Below, piece by piece: positions 14,201-26,056 of a stretch of DNA of 64,000 bases. Numbering within the stretch: position 1 is the stretch's first letter; each line of letters opens with the position of its first letter. Under the pieces are notes generated by a model that was not told the origin of the DNA, ran no database searches, and saw only the letters and a program-made list of their open reading frames with translations. This DNA is from Lingula anatina (Eukaryota; Animalia; Brachiopoda): the NCBI GenBank assembly GCA_051362555.1, contig CM120642.1, positions 23,498,001 to 23,562,000 on the forward strand, given 5' to 3'. The translations under genes and the position numbers were made by a program.

Positions 14201-15935
14201 TACGAAATGCGAAAAATATAAGTGCGAGGAAAACACAAGATAAAATGCGACATTGGTGACAATGAGGTTCATCATCTCAACTAGCACAACGCGTTAGTTG
14301 TTTATTGCTCATAAGTTCGCCGTTTGACCAAAATAGGAATACACAATTTTTCTTTCTTTTTATTTTTAAGGTGAAAACTTTGCCGTTTTTAGAGACGAGA
14401 ACGGATCAGCACACGCGGTGGACGCGTACTGCTCTCACATGGGGGCTAACTTGGCGGTGGGCGGCCGTGTGATAGGGGACTGCATCGAATGCCCCTTTCA
14501 CGGCTGGAGATTCCGAGGGGACGATGGCAAATGTACACACATTCCTTACTGCGAGAAAGGTGAGGTTGATTTTTTTACAAACTTATCTACCTAATCACAA
14601 ACACTTGATCAAGTGAGAGAGAGAGAGAGAGAGTGTTAATATCATAACATTATCCATCTGAATTGATTGACTCCAAGTCTTTTATCTGACTCTTATTCAT
14701 ACCTGACTCTTTCTCACTGGCTCTCACTCTGGCGATCAATATTTTTGTGTACTTCATCTAAAACATTAATTAAACTTAATTTATGTGTTCCCTCACCTTC
14801 AGTGCCTGACAAGGCCAAGGTAAAATCGTGGCCTGTTCTGGAGAGGAGTGGCCATGTATTCGTGTGGTACCATGCCGAGGGCGTGGAACCCACCTGGCTG
14901 CCACCAGAGATAGACCAAGTCGAGAGTGGACACTGGGTATACAAAGGACGAAATCAATATTTTGTTAATACTCATATTCAAGTAAGTTGAAAAAGCAGTA
15001 ATAAGACGTAGTTAAACCCAAAGATCTGGTTTGTTTGAAAATAATTCTCTTTTGACCAAAACAGAATTACTCAATTTTAAATCATTCATGTCACTCAGCA
15101 GTTAACCTCTTGGCAGTTAACTATAAACTATGAGAAGCGAATTGCAAATTTGCCAAAGTTGAATATAAAGATACAGTGTACATATATACAGAAATATGCG
15201 TACTGTATATTGAAATTGATCATAACATAAACTCTTTACAGGACATTCCTGAGAACGGCGCCGATCAGATGCACCTTGCACAGGTCCACGGTCCCTGCAT
15301 ATTGAGTGGCGTCGACTTGCGGTATATGTACAGTAAACTGTGGGAGTTTGCAAAACACAACTGGCAGGCAGAATGGCAGCCATTACCCGAACCCAATACC
15401 CACATCGCATGCCTCGAGCTCGGCCACAAACTGTCCATATTAGACCGTAAACTACCTGGGTTGGAGATGAGAGTCAACGCAAGACAGGTAGGACACAGTC
15501 ATATTGTGGCCTTTGTTGTAAAAACTGGCATTTGATCTTGACCTTTTTCTGTGTAAAGGCGAAATTATATATTATGGGCGTCGGTCCGTTCTATTTACTC
15601 AAGCTTGTAAAGATAAAGAGTCAGACACAAATGCACGCACAAGCGCACAAAATACATACATGCACATATGCAAGACTCCAATAGATGACCAATATGGCCA
15701 CTACATTACCAATATGTCACCCAACGAGCATTTTCCCAAAATCAGTCTAAAGTGAATGTTTGATAAAAAAAAATAACATGTTTAGGGTGTTTGGGGGGGG
15801 GACCTTGGAGGGTCGCTCCGCTCATCTTTCCCAGTTGGTTTCCTTTCTCCCTACTGGAATATATTGTGATTCACATATATGTATTTCGTTATTGTGTTGC
15901 TTATCTCAATAATGAATTATTTTATATACAAGATA

Positions 15936-15987
<52 letters not shown>

Positions 15988-16599
15988 TTTCTAGATTGGA
16001 CCTGGCTTGGTTTACTTAGAATTTCAAGCTGCGTGTTTTTACGGAGTTTACATACAGACCCTGACACCAATAGAGCCTTTGGTACAGAAACTGACGCACA
16101 CGCTCTTTGCCAGCAGATGGATGCCAATGCCTGTAGCCAGTGCGTTTCTTCTGGGAGAGGCATACCAGGTGAAACGTTTAGAAAAGCCTTGGCTTTTAAC
16201 AGATGCTATGGACTCTCTCTCTCTCTCTCTCTCTGTCTCTCTGTCTTTAAAATACAAAATTGACAATGAAAAAAGTGCAGGACACATAATGGTCTAGTAG
16301 ATGTTTTTTTCAGCTTTGATTCAGTATTTAAAGATACTGTCTAACAAAAGTCTTTAATAGTTTTATCAAGTGACGAAATATACAGGATAATGACAAAGAC
16401 AAAAGACTAATGTTTGGTTATTCCCTTTTAGGTTGAACGCGACATTATGATTTGGAACAACAAGAAATTCGAAAATAAGCCACTCCTCGTGAAATCTCGG
16501 GCAGACGAGCGTATTGCAAGATATCGTCGATGGTTTTCGCAGTTCTACTCCGAAAATAGTCCCCGCTTGTCATTGCACAAAGAAGGGTTAGACTGGTAG
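2202..16599 (+). CDS. nvd: Cholesterol 7-desaturase (Neverland/DAF-36 Rieske oxygenase), 6 exons: 2202-2637, 14371-14559, 14803-14981, 15242-15487, 15995-16168, 16432-16599 (463 aa)
   Basis: All introns are GT-AG with consistent phase. N-terminal hydrophobic segments followed by PPVYPNGWF. Rieske motif YCSHMGANL...IECPFHGW in exon 2 (missed by the ORF track). Non-heme iron motif [13 protein letters not shown], then [10 protein letters not shown] and [11 protein letters not shown]...LDW*, all typical of Nvd/DAF-36. Confidence 0.95.
5358..5399. repeat. (GA)n microsatellite
   Basis: Direct reading. Confidence 0.95.
8184..8274. repeat. (GA)n followed by two poly-G runs
   Basis: Direct reading. 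Confidence 0.9.
10063..10277. mobile_element. PIF/Harbinger (Tourist)-type MITE, copy 1, in nvd intron 1
   Basis: Imperfect terminal inverted repeats (ccatagat...tagatcga / tcgatcta..atctatgg) with TTA on both sides (10060-62, 10278-80). A homologous copy in opposite orientation lies at 60188-60413. Confidence 0.75.
15939..15985. repeat. (TA)n microsatellite abutting the nvd exon 5 acceptor
   Basis: Direct reading. Confidence 0.95.
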
Positions 16600-16685
16600 T
16601 GGATCTGAACAAATATTGGTTCCCATCAAATGGCCATTAGCGTTGAGTTATGGGAAGACTCTTCGTGGATTCATCAGGGGCTGAG

Positions 16686-16686
<1 letters not shown>

Positions 16687-16747
<61 letters not shown>
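16687..16747. repeat. (TA)n microsatellite in the nvd 3' region
   Basis: Direct reading. Confidence 0.95.
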
Positions 16748-16750
<3 letters not shown>

Positions 16751-18540
16751 GATGGCTGATAGCTCTCAAAATATTGTTGTAGTTAAATGATATTGTCTGC
16801 CGTAAAAGGTTTCATCTGCGGTTTATTTACTCATTTTTCGAAATACCCAGTTGACAAACGAGCCAATACGGGACAAACACTTAACAAGTTCTTTTATTAC
16901 ATCATTCAGAAGAGTCTAATCATAAACAGACGGATATTATATTTATTTTCATATTCATAATCAATTATTTATTTTACGTTGGTTCGAATATGCCACTTAT
17001 AATCATACATACCACAGACGTAAACAAGCAATGTGTTTGTATGTGTGCGTGCGTGTGCATATGCATGTATGTGTTCGTTTTTTGTTTTCCCTTTGCCCTC
17101 ACGGGATCGTGATCGTCCGCTTATGCATACTATAGTATAGATTGGAAATAGTTTTCACGCAATTTGGAATGAAGGTGCTGCAAAAATCATGACGGTGTAC
17201 TTGAAGTACATTGAACTAATGAGCTACAGTATATACGGGTTACATTATATAGCTCATTGATTTAATGTAGCATCCAAAAAAACTTGTTCTATAGAATCTT
17301 TTCTCGCGAATATAACGTGTTTTGCTGTTAAGCAGGACTGAGCACCCTTTTATCTGTTTGAACACCTGTGATCATTAAAAAATAAATAAAAGAAAAAAAT
17401 AAAACGGTCGTTAATTCACTTGTACATGTAGTAATGGTGAATGGGGAAATTCGAAAGAGTTCAGAACGAGGCTGTCGGCACTACGTGACGTCATACGAGA
17501 CTAGAAAACGTGCAAGAATCTGAGGTGGAAGGAACTTTTTAGTGACTAGAGTGAAACTCTGTGCACTGGCAATGTCGTCAATACAACAGTAACTCAGAAA
17601 CAACCAGAAAACAAACCCGTGGATAAATTCTGTCAGCTTTCATGGGTTGCTAGCTAGTCTGCCATTATTTCTGACCATAACTCCTCGAAATCTCCCTTGA
17701 TTGTACGTAAAAACCGATCTCCATTCCATTAAAAATTATACGAAAACTGATAGACAATAACAACACCGCAATTCTGAAATAAAAACTTTGTTTATTATTT
17801 TATATTATTTTATCAAGAATAATTTCATGCGTGAAAACAGCATAAATCAAAGACAATAAATGAGAATATTACTGTTGAATGCGTATAGTTGGCAGCCCCG
17901 CGTCGTGGGAACATCATAAAATTACAGAAGCCAGATCCAATGTAGATCCTTTTTAGGTCAATACCAAAAAAAAATAAATAAATAAAAAAATAAAAAAAAT
18001 AAAAAAATAAAAAAAATAAAAAAATAAAAAATAAAAAAATTCTCTGAGTCAGGTGCATGACACAGACATTTTGTGTAATACCTGCATAACTCTGATTTTG
18101 CCCATTATTTCTCTGTTTTACATTATAGCAAGGTGTTTTTTGTTAAAACTCCTTGAATAAAGTACCCTCCAACATGAAAAGAAACCAACTTATTACTAAT
18201 CGTTATGAAACTGTCACGTACATAATACACAAAAAGTCATCGTTGACGTAACTCTGAGAATCACTTTTTTGTGGACTGTTTGAATGTTTTATATAACTGT
18301 GTCATTATGTGATACGTGTACAAGGGTTACATACTACCTTAAAACAGATATTTAAGTAGAATTGCAAAATGCAATCAATATTTGAAAAACAACCAAAACG
18401 AGAAATATTCTCAAATATAAATGAATAAGAAAGTATTTTAGGACAGTTGTGGAATGGTTTTGCCAATATTTCACAGGAATTGTTTGTTTTGGATACACGA
18501 TATTTGGTCCTGACTTATGGCAAACGTATGCGTGTGCTAA

Positions 18541-18763
18541 AGCCCCCTTTACACTGGATAGCGTCCTTTCTGCGTCCAACAGTACGGCCCTATTTGAGAG
18601 TTAAGAAATTATAATATTTTACGTGCCGACAACTGGCCGATCATTGAGCATTCATTCTGATACAAAATCAATGCTCGTGTCTTTGTATTAAGGCCACAGC
18701 GATGCCAAATTTCATGGTCGCAGAAAGGACGCAGAAAGGACGCCGTCCAGTGTAAAGGGGGTA
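18541..18763. mobile_element. Harbinger-like MITE just downstream of the CHST15-like stop codon
   Basis: ~35-bp inverted repeats ccccctttacactgga..gcgtcctttctgcgtcc at both ends, flanked by TAA/TAA. Confidence 0.75.
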
Positions 18764-18801
18764 TAAGTAGTTTTACTGGCTACTTCACAATTGGTCGGTC
18801 A

Positions 18802-21800
18802 TCAACTGGCTATTTTCTCTGGTTCGTTATCAGCTGGCTGTTTTATTTCATTTGCATGCCATTTGAACCCATCATCCCCCAAGGCCTCTGCCAAGAGTTC
18901 GTTATGCTTTGCATAAAAGTTTCTTAGAAGAATCTTCGTACGCTCCAAGGCGTCACCGATTTTAGTGTTGTTTTTTGAACGAGAATTAACCGCCCCTTTT
19001 CTCAACACTTTGTACTCTTCTCTCGCATTCAGATCACCTGAAAAAGTATATATTTACAGATTGTTATGTATAACACGTGAATAACAGCTTTTGATCCATT
19101 GAACATAATCAAAGACTTAATAGAATAAAGAGACTTAGATTTCTAGTGAAAAATGTCTAAGATTATGAAAGAAAATGCGAAACATGAAAAATATGAAAAT
19201 CACATGGTGTGTGACTTAGAAAAAGAAATGTTTAACTTTCTGTTTATGTAAAAATATAAAGCGTGGAAACGTGAAAGGTAGAGCTACGGTTTCGGCTAAG
19301 GTTTCTGGCTACGAAAGACTTGACAGCACATGGGAATACTGATACCCTTTACCAGAGCCACCGATTGATTTTTCACTAAATATTCACAGATATGTCTATG
19401 GTTAATTCATACGCGTTGGAGAAAAGTTCATATACTCAATCTGCGGTCCTTGAAGAGGGTAGGGAATTGATCATGTAATGTCTCCTGCTCATCAGTAGGG
19501 CTTGGATGTGCCCCGGGGAACAGAACTTTTGAACATAAAACAATTATATATTGTCATGATTCTTCATTTAATGATATAAATATAATAAATGTTTCAGATG
19601 CATTGGAAGCGTGGTAATTGCATTAATTTATCTCCGTCTACTTACGTAGGCCCAGAAAATTGTAAACTCTGTTTAAGGATTCATTCATGTTGTTATGGTA
19701 ATCTTCCAGCCTTAGGAATAAAAGCTGGTCACGCGGGAACACCCTCAGGTAGTCGTTCACGTACACGTGATATAGCCCAACACGGAGGCGAACAATCTGT
19801 AACAATGAAAACAAAAACTCATTAGCACCCGGTTTGTAGCAGGAGTGGGAGAAGGAGGAGGAGGAGGAAGTTGTGAGTTTGACTACCCTTTTGGGAGCCA
19901 GAAACATTCCTCGTGCCAAGCCAAAGAAGCAAGTGGGAGAGCCTTTGCAGTGATGCTTTATTATTATGTATACAAGGAAAACTTTCCTCTTTACTTGATT
20001 TGTTCATTCTGTTTAAATTATTTAGTCGTAGGTCTACTGTTGGATTTTTCTGCTGGCGTTTAAATAGCAATCAAGTGAAGTATCTTGGTTTTTTAATTAA
20101 TTTAAAGTAAACCTTCAGCCTTCACCCCCATACTTTTAGAGGAAATAAGTTTTCCCGAGTTTCAGCAAAGCTTATGCGCCCCCATATTTGGAGGGGCCAA
20201 CCACTGTCTCTGGTGCTGTGCTGGTTTAGAGGAAGTCACCTTTGGAACCCAGAATATCTGGGTATTGTATAAGAATTCCAACCGTCCCTAAATATAAAAG
20301 CTATCAATTTTGATAATTGAGATAAAAAAATCAAATTTCAAGATACGCTGCAACGTACCCGTAAAGCCTCCTGAGAGTGAAGAGTTCGATTGTAGGCACA
20401 GCTTCTCACAGAGAAGATTTTGGTGCAGTTGTCAAACAATTCTACAGCTTGCTTCGCCAGCGAGTGGAATCTCTCTGGGGATTTCACGCCTTTGTAGAAG
20501 AAAAGATAATCCGAGTATAGCCTGGAAAAGAAGATTGCGTAGGGATTTACTTTAAAATTAAAAGGAATGTCAACATATTTGTGGTTTCTTAATTTCTGTT
20601 AGAAAGGCATTCGCTTTTTTAAAAAAATCACGTGAATTTTAATGCGATCGCCAAAGCTACACAGACTAAGAGCGCATTCTCAACGAATTAAGCCAGGCTT
20701 TACAAAGCCGGTGACCTAAAAATGGCGGACGTACATGAAAGAAAAACCGCCTAATCTTTTAATAGTCTCTCCGCCTCTCACACGCCTCCCCACACGTCGT
20801 CCCTGCGGGGTACAGTAATTAAATCTCGGCTCCGAACATTAATATTTCCGTGAATATCTCTGGTGATATTATCTCCGTAGATAGTCGATTCATTGCTGCT
20901 CTACGGGCCAAATTATTCCTTTTTCGTCTCTGTTTTCAAAGATAATAGAACAGAAGAGCTTTTTTCCTTCGATCGCCTTCAGCCGCCATGCTTTCTTCAC
21001 CACGAGTTTAACTGATGAGCATGCGCACTTAATATTTCTCAGGTAGCTTCCGCATGGCGAACGGAGACGAGATTTAATTACTGTACCCCGCAGGGACGAC
21101 GTGTGGGGAGGCGTGTGAGAGGCGGAGAGACTATTAAAAGATTAGGCGGTTTTTCTTTCATGTACGTCCGCCATTTTTAGGTCACCGGCTTTGTAAAGCC
21201 TGGCTTAATTCGTTGAGAATGCGCTCTATTACCGACTGTGCTCTCAATGTAGGCCTATTCTCAAGACGTGAATATATACTCATGGAATCTCACCTCTCAG
21301 TTGGTTCCCTAAATATGGCTAAAATTTTGGCCCCTGGTTGAAAGTAGCGTATGTAATGCGCTGTGGTTATGTTCGGCTCGTGAAGCTGGGGATTGTTGCC
21401 CAACAAGCGGATCCAGTAGTCGTTATCAAACAAAGTATTGGTGCTGTAATCACCTGAAATATTCATACCATGCTAGGTTAACTTTATTTTGAATCTAGAA
21501 AATTGGAGATGTATGAAATTGCGGACATTGTGTTCAAAATCCAGACATAACTTATCTTGTCCATTCTCGGTAAAGAGGACTTTCTTTTACTTCTGTTTTA
21601 TTGTTAAAACAATAGTCACATGATCACTTAAAATAAATGTGGTTCATTTTGCTAAAAGGAGAATAAAATCACTTGTAGTTATCCGTTATTTTCCTAACTG
21701 CGATGATAGAAAATAAAAGTGAAAATAAATAAAGAACGCATTCTATGCAAAAATCTGAGTGTGTGTCAGATGGGTCTCTTCACAATTGTTTTCCGTGTTG

Positions 21801-23615
21801 TCGTCGCATCAAACACAACCATCATGGGACAAAGTACCAAGGAAAATGTTCGAGTTTGTGGAGAATCTTAACAGCAAATACCAAATGTGTTGCAGCATTT
21901 TCTGGTTTATCTAAACATATTTTCCAGTAACAAAATTTGTGTTTTAGAACATAATACTTTACCCGAATTCACGATGTTGGAAATTAGTAAGAAACTGAAA
22001 GGGTGGCACAAGCAACTCACAGAATACTCATGCGGTCTTCCTCTATTCCAAAGTCAACTCGGAATTCACATTCACAAAGCATCTAGCAATAACTTTTTAT
22101 CATGTTCCAGATATTCTTGTCTATCCAGGAGTCAATCTAAATCACTATATAAATTTAAGGTCAAAGCAAACACCCAGAATTTCAAAGAACCGTCGACAAG
22201 TCTTGCGTTTGCGTGTTTTCTCACCATTTCAGCCTATGAAAGCCTGAGGCTATGATCCAAAGGCCATCAGAATTTTTATTTGCACAGTTGTTACATATGC
22301 CTGCTTGCGTGCATGAAGATTGACACAGGCCTATGTAAAAAGAATAATAAAAAACTGAAACGCATCGAACCTGACGTTTAGGGTAGCGTATAGCAAATTG
22401 ACTACAGAAGGGAGCTCCGAAATTTTAGGAATACGTGACCCATTTCTTGCTTATCGATATCTGTTATCTAGCATTAGTATTATTTGTGGAAATAATATTG
22501 ACACACGCCACCACAAAATAGAAATTTATGCCGTAACTTTGATAGATTTGTGTCCGGCAAAGATTTCTAAGGTAAACAGGAGTCGAAGTCAGTGACATAA
22601 TAATTCGGGAAATAATAACAACTTTTAAGACGAGGCAGATGAAAAGCATTGACCATGGCAGCGTTGTAGGTCAGGGTTTCTTGTTTCAGGTTTGCGGCAT
22701 GTAACAAGGCATAAAAAGGGACAGGACATTAAATTTCATCCTCTGATCCTGGTCTCCAGAACCCTATCCCCCCATTCCCCCCCCCCCCCCCCCCCCCCCC
22801 CCCACACACACACGTGCTTGCGCGTGCATATCTTTTAAGTCGAGGCAGATGAAAAGCACTGGCTATTTAAGCGTAGTGCCCCCCCCCCCCCCAACATACA
22901 CACACGCGCCTTCGCTCTACATTTAACTACGTAACAGTACAGCAGGTAATATTTCAACTGCGTCTCATTTTCTCGCACCTGTGAAATGAGAAGGGAATTA
23001 GTCACAGCTTTCCATAACATTGTGATCTGTTACATGTTGTGTGCAGGTGAACGCCGCCATACTTCGTGACAACTTAATGATGGACTTTGATAATGTTCAG
23101 ATCAATTTTCACAAATGATAAGTAACTAACGTTTGGGTCCCATTTCCTTGAATTACAAAATAACTATCGCCAGGTGCAAAAGCTTAATGTAAATATGTAT
23201 TATTCATGAACCAAAGTTTTCTAAAAATTCCGTAATACCCAGCTGACGTACACATGAGGTGTAATTATCGCTTTGACTTATACCCTGGTTTTCAGTGTAC
23301 TGACAGTAACCATAACTAGCAACAGAATAGTATACCTATTTCAAAGATAACCCCTCTACTCAGGGTGCTTAAATTATATTTAACCTACCGACTATTTGAT
23401 GGTGCAGCTTCGGACAAGTTGTACAGGTATATTTTTCAATCACCCTTGCAGGGTAATCAAAGAGGTCCACAAAGTCAATGAATGGCACTCCACTCCCGTT
23501 GCCTGCTTAAAGGGGGAGAGGAGGTATATATTCATTAGTTTAAAGTACAGCATACTCCTACAAAAATATTGTGAAAAGTTTATGTTGCAGTTTTACCTCA
23601 TTATTAAAATATTAA

Positions 23616-23662
<47 letters not shown>

Positions 23663-26056
23663 ATCCAAATGGGTTGCAAAATAAATGGCACAATTTTTTA
23701 CAAAAAGCTTTCAGACGCTAATGATGCCAACAAATAGATAAATACAAACAAGATTAAAAAGTGACAATCGTCCAAGCAAAAGTTAACTTGGGTTCTATAA
23801 GACGTCGTATTACCTGCCGTATTATATGCTAATCTCCCCCACCACTGTGACATCTTCAGCAAGCCATCGGCGACGTCAGGGTGACTCCGGATCCGCTGAA
23901 ACAGGTCCGTTGTTCCGCACTTGGCAATTCCTGCCAGGTAGAAATATGGTATGCACCGTAACCGTTTTTTGTTTTGAGACCACCAGGAATACAAATTGAA
24001 TTCCCACGACTTAAAAGCGGCACTGTTTTTCTTAGCGTAAGGATGGAACATTCCGTACCAGTTGTCTCTGTATATTTTCCCTCTTCCAATTAAAGGATCG
24101 AAGTCTTCGTACCAACATGGGTTTTTATATTCGGGAAGGAATTTTGGTGGTTCCTAGAATGCATTTCATACATTAAAACAAATGAGTATATGATAAATTT
24201 ACATGTATACGTAAATATATACGTATAAGTTAAAAAATATATCTAAATTAAATGTTTTGCGGGAAACTCTAGAGTCCGTCTGTTTAACAAGAAAATAAAT
24301 AAATAAATAAATAAATGAACGTGATTGTTTGGCTTGACGTCAACAGTCAGACGAGAGCCAGTCAAGCAGGAGACAAACCGAGTCAATGTACGGGGTGCAG
24401 TTTAATGAAAATGGGTCTATGCTGAGCTGACGACTTGCTGATCTGAACATCCGACCAACTTCAAATGCACCTTGTATATAGACATGATGCTACCAAAACA
24501 TCGACCACTTCTGGGTACCTTTATATTTTACTGTGTGTACTAGCATCGTAAAATTTAATGTTATCTTCCAAATTAAAAATTCTCATGACAGGAAGTATTA
24601 AAAATGTTTGAACATTTTCACAGATGGTGTTTTTAAAATCGAAAGTATCTATTCATTCGGGTTCAACCCAAGGTAATATAAATATGAAGTGAATACTTTT
24701 GAAACATATTGTCCATGTATTCAATTTGATCTGAGTCGATCATAATGAGATAAGCGAAGTTTATTCTGCTTTCAGAGTAAGTGGATGCCACCATGTGCAC
24801 TTTACCTTCAAACCTGTCATCCAACGAACACTTTTCTCTATGCTCTTCTTCATCCCCTCCGACAGACCAGCCGGAAATCGAGAAGTCTCCTGATCTGATG
24901 GCGGTTTCTCAAGATTTAATGTTAATTTCTGTCCATTTTCCCCCGGGTTCTCCAAACCAAACTGATGGTGCATGGGTTTATGTTCTCGAAATATAAAATG
25001 CATTTGACGATGTTGGAATTGTCCTGAAAAGTGAACGGGACAAGGATTTATAAAACAAGTTTCCAGCTGAGCACACGTTCCACCTTCTCCTTTCACACTT
25101 ATCAGAAAGAACCTATACCGTGAATATGGGTAGAAAAATTAAAATAAAAATTTTACAATTTTTCTGGCAGTCAAGCCTTTACTTTAAAAAATATGTGACC
25201 GACCATCTCTCAAGCGACTTTCAAACTCAAAATCCCAATTAATCAAAAGTTTAAAAACCAACAAAATCTTTGTTTTCATAAATATGCTTTTGAAAAAAAC
25301 ATTCCGCATTAAAGGCCAAGTCTTTACAATTTATAATGAGGGTGCTTTGAATAAGCTCTGCATAAATTAAGATAAATAAATACGATAAATATCATTATAA
25401 GAGGAAGAAATTGTTTTCACAATGGTAGCGTTTTCTTCCATGGAGAGCAGTTTTATACTTCCAAACTAATATAAACATCTCACATCTAGGTAATAAAGCA
25501 ATAAAATCGGTAAGAAGATGAAAACGTCGTCTTATGTCAGACATTCATGTCTCTCTCTTAATGTTGTATGCAGTGAAGTGTAAAAATTAAAATGTTTTTA
25601 GTCATAAAGCACCACGTTTATTATCGTTATTATCGTTGTCAGTCTGCATAGTACACCATTTAAAGCGTCGTAAAAACTGCATCCTACCCTTTTTGTGAAA
25701 AGAGTGTACTCTCTCTATATATATATCTCTCATAATTTTAAGACTAATCGTTCATTTTAAGTTAAAACTTCAAATTCAGTGAATGTTTTATCCTTTTCCA
25801 TAAATTCATCTTTAAAGTTAAAAGGTAGGCCTATGTCTAAAGCACATTAAAATAAACTTAAAAACGCAGCGCACTACATAACGTTCCGGCTATTAAACCG
25901 AAATAGGCATTTTTAAAACCCACAACTTTTGCTAGATAAATATACATTAAACTTACCATTAAACCCCAAATAGGTAGTTAGACCAAAGGCTGAAATGCAA
26001 AACAGGACAGTGAATACTAAATTCTTCCCCTTCAATCCGCAAGTGAAAGGCGTCAT
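18802..26056 (-). CDS. CHST15: Carbohydrate sulfotransferase 15-like (GalNAc4S-6ST family), 8 exons: 25957-26056, 24806-25023, 23814-24153, 23389-23502, 21294-21453, 20359-20521, 19646-19796, 18802-19037 (493 aa)
   Basis: Type II signal-anchor (LVFTVLFCISAFGLTTYLGF), FLPEYKNPCW, RLRCIPYFYLAGIAKCGTTDL (5'-PSB), IFREPTERLYSDY (3'-PB), RLRVGLYHVY...FPRDQLLFLRLEDY, LRNFYAKHNELLAEALGDDGFKW. Exon phases are consistent and the total of 1482 nt is divisible by 3. Confidence 0.88.
20669..21227. mobile_element. Foldback non-autonomous DNA element with 160-bp perfect inverted arms (20669-20828 / 21068-21227)
   Basis: The arms read as exact reverse complements around a 239-bp spacer. Located in CHST15-like intron 5. 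No clean TSD identified. Confidence 0.85.
23616..23660. repeat. (AAT)n microsatellite
   Basis: Direct reading. Confidence 0.95.

Noticed and set aside
2646-14370. Many 60-100-aa ORFs in nvd intron 1
   Set aside because: No recognisable motifs. Many are driven by microsatellites or G-runs or start at non-ATG codons.
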